Shown here: positions 5,477 to 6,085 of the stretch, piece after piece
Layout: every line of letters starts with the position of its first letter
Position numbering within the stretch: the stretch's first letter is position 1
IMG/VR virus record: IMGVR_UViG_3300022758_000173
Span: 1 to 6,085 of that record
Source: a virus
Length of the DNA: 6,085 nt
Strand: one strand, 5' to 3'
The notes under the pieces: model-generated
What the model was told of the DNA's origin: nothing
Databases searched by the model: none
The model's input: only the letters and a program-made list of their open reading frames with translations
Program-made: the position numbers and the translations under genes

Positions 5477-6085
5477 ATGTGTCTATATCCTAAACTCATA
5501 CCAAATAAGCGGTACCTACCAACAAAAAAGAATGGCGGGATACCGCCTGTTTGTCCTGACGAAAGACTACGTTATGTAACAGCAGCATGTGGAGACTGTT
5601 ACGAGTGCAGGAAACAAAAACAAAGACAATGGGTGGTAAGAATGTCAGAAGAAAACAGGCAAACACCAAACGCCTACTTTCTGACACTAACAATCGATGA
5701 TAAATCATACAAACAACTAAAACAAAAATACAAATTAAAAGATAATAACGATATTGCAACAAAAGCTATAAGACTATGCTTAGAGAGAGTACGAAAATTA
5801 ACCGGAAAATCCGTAAAGCACTGGTTTATTACAGAACTAGGACACGAGAAAACAGAAAGATTGCATCTGCATGGAATAGTATGGGGCTTGGGGAATGGAG
5901 AGAAAATAACGAACAATTGGAAATACGGAATCACATTCACCGGATATTTTGTGAATGAAAAAACTATCAACTATATTACAAAATACATGTTAAAAATCGA
6001 CGAAAAGCACCCAAAATTCAGAGGAAAGGTGCTTTGTTCGGCAGGAATAGGATCAGGCTACCTCAAGCGAGAGGACGCCAAAAAA
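5477..6085 (+). CDS. VP4: Replication initiation protein (HUH rolling-circle Rep, VP4/gpA-like), N-terminal part. It is open at the window end and continues as 2..559.
   Basis: ATG is at 5477. My hand translation is MCLYPKLIPNKRYLP...CGDCYECRKQKQRQW.... It contains FLTLT (motif 1, 5678-5692), HLHG (HUH motif 2, 5864-5875) and YITKY (motif 3, 5972-5986). The full gene is 1041 nt, or 346 aa, on the circle. The track omits it because no stop falls inside the window. Confidence 0.95.
   Translation, partial: MCLYPKLIPNKRYLPTKKNGGIPPVCPDERLRYVTAACGDCYECRKQKQRQWVVRMSEENRQTPNAYFLTLTIDDKSYKQLKQKYKLKDNNDIATKAIRLCLERVRKLTGKSVKHWFITELGHEKTERLHLHGIVWGLGNGEKITNNWKYGITFTGYFVNEKTINYITKYMLKIDEKHPKFRGKVLCSAGIGSGYLKREDAKK
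5959..6085. repeat. Terminal direct repeat, copy 2. It duplicates 1-127.
   Basis: Same comparison as copy 1. The window length of 6085 equals 5958 + 127. Confidence 0.96.

Noticed and set aside
5496-5970. ORFs 5496..5762 (-), 5674..5970 (-) and 5776..5958 (+) within the Rep region
   Set aside because: All overlap the Rep N-terminal half, which carries clear HUH motifs in another frame. Their translations have no recognisable features.
1-6085. CRISPR arrays, tRNA/tmRNA genes, integrase or transposase genes
   Set aside because: There are no regularly spaced direct repeats, no cloverleaf or T-loop consensus, and no ORF with recombinase-like motifs. The only long repeat is the terminal assembly redundancy.

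Overview
This window is one complete circular ssDNA microvirus genome (family Microviridae), linearised inside its replication gene. Bases 1-127 are identical by eye to bases 5959-6085, so the unit length is 5958 nt. All supported genes lie on the + strand. They are an HUH rolling-circle Rep (VP4/gpA-like) that wraps across the window ends, a 644-aa major capsid protein (VP1/F-like), a pilot/minor capsid protein (VP2/H-like), and a block of small ORFs at 940-2004. The roughly 6 kb size, long VP1, near absence of Shine-Dalgarno sites and a Bacteroides-type promoter match fit an Alpavirinae-like gut microvirus. That subfamily assignment is recognition-based and needs a phylogeny. Six things are worth a second look. 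(1) A roughly 270-nt GC-rich, hairpin-dense non-coding island sits after Rep, at about 54% GC by hand count in an otherwise AT-rich genome. (2) A second intergenic region (4278-4437) holds a nested 8-bp and 12-bp stem-loop, a 10-bp palindrome and two flanking 8-bp hairpins. (3) That region also has a 12-nt identity to the phiX174 origin core, but on the strand opposite the genes. (4, 5) Two genes look interrupted and both need the same -1 shift at an A-run: the VP2 C-terminus, and a start-less ORF after VP1. (6) A small membrane or lipoprotein-like ORF is overprinted on a neighbouring gene. No tRNA, rRNA, CRISPR array, integrase or transposase was seen.
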